A stretch of 63,993 nucleotides of DNA, filler included, from Aduncisulcus paluster (Eukaryota): assembly GCA_024181965.1 (NCBI GenBank). It is 11 parts of 11 records of this genome, joined end to end, with 100 filler letters (N's around TTAATTAATTAA, not from the genome) between each part and the next. Parts side by side here need not be neighbours in the genome. Positions count along the whole stretch, not along the records: positions 52,556 to 62,627 come from BQXS01000162.1; positions 62,728 to 63,993 come from BQXS01000215.1; 9 more parts are not named here. The stretch is one strand, 5' to 3'. The first letter of the stretch is position 1; every line of letters starts with the position of its first letter. A program made the position numbers and the translations under genes. The notes under the pieces are model-generated. The model saw only the letters and a program-made list of their open reading frames with translations. It was not told where the DNA came from and searched no databases. Below, piece after piece: positions 58,372 to 63,993 of this stretch.

Positions 58372-59075
58372 ATGAAATTGGGATGCCTTGAGTCTATAAA
58401 AGAGAAAGAAGTCCTTGAATTTATTCGCAAGTTCGAAGACCTTGTTGAGCGCCGGCCATCAGTCAAACTGCCATGTTTATCACGAATTATTCATCAGCTA
58501 CTTGATACCGTGGACCCGAAAGATCCACTAAATGAGGATATTATCGTTAAAACACTCCTCGATAATGTTCTATTATCTCGTTTTCGTACCAGACTGGACG
58601 TTGCACTTCAAAGTGAAGATAAGTCACTATCTGACTTTACGAGGGTAATTCTTGTCAGATCGTCAGTGAAGCGCAGGAGGATGCTGCTGGTTACGTTGAG
58701 ATAGAACCACCGGCTATTGACATTCTGAACGATCAGAAGAAAGGTTTGGATAGTCTACTGGCACTAGCTGAGCTGATGAATCCGAGAAAAGGAGTTCAGA
58801 GAACCCGAACAAAGGACAAGGATTAAGATCAGGATGAGGACGAGCTCGAGAGCGAGCAAGAACTGTCTGGTCTTTCTGAATCGGAGGTAGAACGTCCGAA
58901 GAACCGTCGCGAGTCATCGAAGGAAGTGACGTACTCAAGGAAGACCTGGTGAGGAATGTTTTCATTGTCGGCAGTTCGGACATCTCAAGAGGGACTGCCC
59001 ACTGCTAACTGAAGAGGAAAGGACGAAGCTCCGGGCTAAACATGCGAAGCGGGAGGCAGAACGTTTACTCTAACC
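58372..59075 (+). mobile_element. Degenerate Ty3/gypsy gag
   Basis: RFRTRLDVALQSEDKSLSDFTRVIL resembles AFKTRMEAALQKQEFTLANFTRVIF of the gag at 60874; knuckle ECFHCRQFGHLKRDCP near 58954-59001. Confidence 0.75.
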
Positions 59076-59961
59076 ACAAAATAAAAAATAATGAAAGCAT
59101 GAGCTGTTAAACAAAGATACAGTCCAACCAAACGTTGACGCCGTAAGGAGTCACTGTACTGTACACTCTTGCGCTCGGAGCACAGTTGTAATTGAAAACT
59201 GTACTATTTTTGCCCAAAGGATGCTAATAGGGCACGGTTATTGCTGGTTCTCATATCTTTCCATCCCTTTAACACCACCACTGGTGGCGATAGCTTCTTT
59301 ACATAATATCTTTCCCTCATGCTTTCTCCACATTACAGCGTGATGAACACAACTCGAATAAAATTTGACCGATTTTTGAGTCAAGAAAATTTGTTAGTGA
59401 GCAACATAATACAAATAAATCTGTAGATACTGTTTCATCTGTTACTAAACCGAGTGTTACGCTCGAAGAACATGATTCAGTTCATCCTAGTGAACAAAAT
59501 CCAAATCCATCCGCTAAAGAAGAGATAGCCATCTTCCATAAGGAAGTCAATAAGTACAATGCTGATATTTTGGAGGAATTATTAAAAAGATCCAGACCTC
59601 CCCCATTAACTCAGATTTATCAAGGAATACATAAGTCCTTACTAAGGTGATAGTATCATGGAGAAAGCATGACAGCGAAAAGTTAATTGATAAAATTATC
59701 AAGAGGATGTTGATAAGATAACACCAACCGATGTTAGAAGGGTTTTACGGTCCGAATTTGAAAGCCTTTTGGTGACCAAGTTACCATTTTTATCTTCTTT
59801 ATTTGACAACATCGTCACCATCAAAGCGGTCTCCCTTGGATCTGATCAACCCAGGGGAGGCGTAAGACTTAATATTATTTATTATTATTTGTTTCTGCTT
59901 CTCTCCGCTGTTTCCCCGATGACCTCCCCTATATTCCTGTTTCCTTTCTTAAAAAAGGGGT

Positions 59962-60550
59962 TGTTATGGATTTTATATATTGTTTCTCAGGTGGTTCTAT
60001 ATATAGATCATCATTGTTTATTTTCATTTTAATAAATTCGCACCGTGTTTTCTAAGAACACATCATAAATAATTATTTACAGTGTTTTATGGAAAAACTG
60101 ATGGATAAACAACGTCCTTTTTTATCTAAATTCGGTCAACGACACTTTGAAACTTTCCGACAAAACTTTGAAAGTTACCGTGCCCTCTGTGGGAAAACGC
60201 CTCTTTTCGCACTGGTGAATGCTGATGAAGAAAGGGAATGCACTCTGATTCTTCACCTAGATCCTTTGAAAAAGAGCGTAAGAAGTTCTCCGATCGTCGT
60301 ACTAATACAGATTGGAAGAAAGAAATTGTCTGTTTCAACTGCGGACAGAAGGGACATTTCGCTTCTGAGTGTCCACGAAAGAAGCATGACCATGAAGGCT
60401 CCGGCGGGAAAAGAAGGTCTGCCAAGGCTGTGATTACCCAGAGTAAACCAGCCAGTCCTTGTTTGACCACTTTTATATGGGCCTCCAACTATAAGGAGAA
60501 GTTGTACACTAATTCATTACTGGACACTGGAGCTGACGAGAACTTTATAG
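59962..60550 (+). mobile_element. Short LTR (59962 to ~60060) plus internally deleted gag-protease copy
   Basis: TGTT...AACA with TATA and AATAAA, preceded by AAAAAAGGGGT. Gag is missing about 470 bp relative to the next copy; CFNCGQKGHFASEC...LLDTGADENFI is in one frame. Confidence 0.8.
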
Positions 60551-60748
60551 TACAGTATAGTATGAACAATTTATTAGGGTATTATATATGAACCACACAT
60601 AATTGGCCTAGAGCTAATGCTCTTACGGCAGTGGCAGCCCTCACAGGGTTTGATGGGGGGGAAGATTCGAACACTCTCTTATCCATCGTCCTTATTTCAC
60701 TGTCACACCAAGTGTACATTAGGGATTTNNNNNNNNNNNNNNNNNNNN

Positions 60749-62114
60749 TTATGGATTTTATATATTGTTTCTCAGGTGGTTCTATATATAGATCATCATT
60801 GTTTATTTTCATTTTAATAAATTCGCACCGTGTTTTCTAAGAACACATCATAAATAATTATTTACAGTGTTTTATGGAAAAACTGATGGATAAACAACGT
60901 CCTTTTTTATCTAAATTCGGTCAACGACACTTTGAAACTTTCCGACAAAACTTTGAAAGTTACCGTGCCCTCGGTGGGAAAACGCCTCTTTTCGCACTGG
61001 TGAATGCTGATACTCGCCTCATTTATGAGGATGTGGTAGAATCTTCTCTGCCGAATCCAGTGAATCTTCCTGACGAGGAGGCTATTGCTAAGTCCGAGAC
61101 TGACTTTATTGAGGCGGTGGAAACTTACTTCGGACATTTTTCTGCCCTTGATGTCCTTAACATCCTTGATAAGACCAAGTTAACAAGAGTCACTGAAGAC
61201 GCTATCGCTGGTTACGTTAAGAGATATCGTTCTGCTCTACATCGCCTGGACAAGGATGAAGTGCTCACTGAAGAGACTATCTGTAAGTATTTCCTAAGAG
61301 GAATCGAACATCGTGCCTTTAAGACCCGAATGGAGGCAGCCCTCCAAAAACAAGAGTTTACGTTGGCCAACTTCACTCGTGTCATCTTTAGCCAGCTTCT
61401 GATTGTAAAGGAATCCCGCGAGGATGCCTCCCATTATGAAGCCTTGCCCGATAGACCACGTAAGCAATCTAAGCATTTCTCTAAAAAGGGAATGCACTCT
61501 GATTCTTCACCTAGATCCTTTGAAAAAGAGCGTAAGAAGTTCTCCGATCGTCGTACTAATACAGATTGGAAGAAAGAAATTGTCTGTTTCAACTGCGGAC
61601 AGAAGGGACATTTCGCTTCTGAGTGTCCACGAAAGAAGCATGACATGAAGGCTCCGGTGGGAAAAGAAGGTCTGCCAAGGCTGTGATTACCCAGAGTAAA
61701 CCAGCCAGTCCTTGTTTGACCACTTTTATTTGGGCCTCCAACTATAAGGAGAAGTTGTACACTAAGTCTTTACTGGACACTGGAGCTGACGAGAACTTTA
61801 TAAGCTCTGCACTCTGCAACAGACTTCGGAAGACCCAGAGGTTGAAATCGACAACCGCTCCACTATCTCTGGAGCTTGCTGACGGATCAGTCTTAGATCT
61901 TAGAGAAAAAGTTCAGCTGAAGGCTGAACTCCCTCCGTATCAAGATCATAAGGCACTCTGTTTTGCGTTTGAGGCGTACGTAATGCCTATGAGAGGAACA
62001 TCTCAGCATGAATTGGTGATTGGTTTTCCCTCGATCCTGAGGATGGATCTATTCAATCACATGAAGGTTTCGTCTAAACTCTTGGTAGGTCGCATGGGTC
62101 ATTTTTTTCAATAA
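60749..62114 (+). mobile_element. Ty3/gypsy LTR-gag-protease copy (gag 60874-61686, protease to 62114), pol lost
   Basis: 270-aa gag with CCHC knuckle; LLDTGADENFIS..ELADGS..LVIGFPSIL protease; same LTR sequence as 59964-60060. Confidence 0.88.
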
Positions 62115-62627
62115 AACCCCCGACAACATAGTGCGACTAAGACAGGTTAGCCCAGAAAGAATATTATCAAGTATAACTAAGGGTGAACGTAGGGAGGCAG
62201 ACTTTACAACCTCACCGATGGGCCTATACGCACTAGAATCAATTGGAACGTCAACAGCACGTGAACTATGCTCACAGCCTTTGCTTGGATGGGATTCACA
62301 CTCATCATGAATCTCCTCTTCAAACCCGTCAAATCCACCGAAGTCATCAAAGTCATCAAAGTCTTCGTCACCGGATAGGAGGTTCTCCCCTTCATATATC
62401 GATAACAGGCGGTCTCGATCACATTTTGACGATGATATGATCATAAGATTCTCAAGTGGATACATATAAACATAAGATACAACTCCCACCCCACGTTTTA
62501 TAAGCTTCAGAGGGTATATTACCTCGCTCGGGCACATTGGGCATTTGTATTGGGTTATCTTCCACAGGTGTCTATGAGAGAAGCTCTGTCTATAACCCAG
62601 ACTGAGTTCGCAGTTGGTGCACCTCAT
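62110..62627 (-). mobile_element. Possible DNA-transposase N-terminal fragment (CxxC..CPxC)
   Basis: CTNC..YKCPMC..YMYPLENLM followed by an acidic tract; abuts the truncated protease. Confidence 0.3.
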
Positions 62628-62728
62628 NNNNNNNNNNNNNNNNNNNNNNNNNNNNNNNNNNNNNNNNNNNNTTAATTAATTAANNNNNNNNNNNNNNNNN
62701 NNNNNNNNNNNNNNNNNNNNNNNNNNNG

Positions 62729-63993
62729 CTGCGTGTTGCCGAAGAAGATCTTGCCTCCAAGGAAGCCGCCCTTGCGAAGCTTCAGGCCAAGTATGATAAC
62801 GCCATGGCCGAGAAGCAAGCCTTGGAGGATGAAGCCATCAAGACTCGTAAGAAGCTGACTGCTGCCCGTGCATTGATCAGTGGTCTGAGTGGAGAGCGTG
62901 AGAGATGGGAAGAGGAGAGTCAAGAGTTGAAGATGAAGATTGGACGTCTGATTGGAGATGTTTCCCTGTGTTCTGCCTTCCTGTCCTATGCTGGTGCGTT
63001 CAACCAGGAGTTCAGGAACATCTTGACCGAGAACTGGCTCAAGGACATGCGTGAGCGTGTGATTCCATTCACTCCCGGAATTCAGGACAAGATCACCCAA
63101 TTCCTTGTGTCTGAGGCTACTGTCGGAGAATGGAACTTGCAAGGTCTTCCCACTGATGATCTGAGTGTTCAGAACGGTATCATTGTCACCACAGCTACAC
63201 GTTATCCCTTGCTCATTGATCCACAGGCACAGGCCAACACATGGATCAAGAACAGAGAAGGTGACAACAACCTGAAGGTAACGAAGCTCAACCACCGTTA
63301 CTTCAAGAACCATCTCGAGGATGCTCTGAACAACGGATTCCCCATCCTGATTGAAGACGTCGAGGATGAGCTTGATCCCATGCTTGATCCCATTCTTGAA
63401 AAGCAGTTTGTGCGAAGTGGAAAGAGTCTGAAGGTGCGTCTTGGAGATGAGGAATGTGATGTGACGGACGGGTTCATGTTATACATTACGACCCGTATTG
63501 CCAACCCCAAGTACTCCCCCGAGGTGTTTGCTAAGGCTGCTATTATTGACTTTGCCGTTACAATGAATGGTCTTGAGCAGCAGCTTCTGACTCGAGTTGT
63601 GAACAAGGAACGTGTCGAACTTGAAGAGCAGCGTCATGCCTTGCTTGAGACTGTGAACAAGAACAAGAAGCAATTGGAACAGCTTGAGGAAGACTTGCTG
63701 TTCAGGTTGTCTACTTCCAAGAAAGGATTGCTGGATGACGATACTCTGGTCGAAGTGCTTGCCAAGACAAAGAGTACCACCGCCGAGGTGAAGGAAAAGC
63801 TTGCGAGTGCCAGTGAAATGGAAGCCAAGATCAATGAGGCCCGTGAAGAATATCGTCCTGTTGCCACTCGTGGTAGTATCATGTACTTCTTGGTTGCTGA
63901 GATGGCTCTTGTGAACAACAACTATCAGACCTCTCTGAAACAGTTCCTCGCTTGGTTCGATCTTGCCATTGAGACTGCCGAGGCCTCTCCCAT
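62729..63993 (+). CDS. Axonemal dynein heavy chain (outer-arm DNAH5/8-like), stalk and AAA5 region, partial at both ends
   Basis: The frame from 62729 reads LRVAEEDL..ARALISGLSGERERW..LIGDVSLCSAFLSYAG..WNLQGLPTDDLSVQNGIIV..RYPLLIDPQAQANTWIK..LNHRYFKNHLED..EYRPVATRGS. Absent from the ORF track. Confidence 0.96.
   Translation, partial: MRVAEEDLASKEAALAKLQAKYDNAMAEKQALEDEAIKTRKKLTAARALISGLSGERERWEEESQELKMKIGRLIGDVSLCSAFLSYAGAFNQEFRNILTENWLKDMRERVIPFTPGIQDKITQFLVSEATVGEWNLQGLPTDDLSVQNGIIVTTATRYPLLIDPQAQANTWIKNREGDNNLKVTKLNHRYFKNHLEDALNNGFPILIEDVEDELDPMLDPILEKQFVRSGKSLKVRLGDEECDVTDGFMLYITTRIANPKYSPEVFAKAAIIDFAVTMNGLEQQLLTRVVNKERVELEEQRHALLETVNKNKKQLEQLEEDLLFRLSTSKKGLLDDDTLVEVLAKTKSTTAEVKEKLASASEMEAKINEAREEYRPVATRGSIMYFLVAEMALVNNNYQTSLKQFLAWFDLAIETAEASP

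Noticed and set aside
59269..59292. CCACCACTGGTGG palindrome resembling a phage operator or Helitron hairpin
   Set aside because: Single short palindrome in eukaryotic TE debris with no supporting context. The same applies to CCACCGGCGGTGG at 7851-7863.
61645..61690. Programmed gag-pol frameshift
   Set aside because: The sister copy at about 60385-60395 has one extra C and a continuous frame.
62672..63921. Minus-strand ORFs in the last contig
   Set aside because: They are antisense shadows of the plus-strand dynein heavy chain.

Overview
This is eukaryotic, not prokaryotic, DNA. It comprises 11 draft-assembly contigs joined by artificial 100-nt N-TTAATTAATTAA-N linkers, plus six 20-N scaffold gaps, five of which have falsely duplicated flanks. 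The genes are densely packed, AT-rich and nearly intronless, with rare GTATGT..AG introns. They include an axonemal dynein heavy chain, LRR surface proteins and a highly divergent MPP-alpha. This fits a flagellated metamonad (Carpediemonas-like fornicate such as Aduncisulcus); that assignment is inferred, not proven. Host genes: UPF1-like SF1 helicase, membrane-anchored calpain, kinase-B-box fusion, FEN1, spliced MIF, alpha-MPP-like M16 protein, FCP1-like phosphatase, CEP95-like protein, FHA coiled-coil protein, CPBP/Abi intramembrane protease, two LRR proteins and a DNAH5/8-like dynein fragment that the ORF track missed. Two regions (about 10.7-17.6 kb and 52.6-62.6 kb) are transposon graveyards. 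The clearest structure is a three-level nest with both target-site duplications readable: a CACTA/Plavaka-type transposase, interrupted by a Ty3/gypsy chromovirus with a 114-bp LTR, itself interrupted by a 92-bp solo LTR. No CRISPR, rRNA or tRNA was seen.
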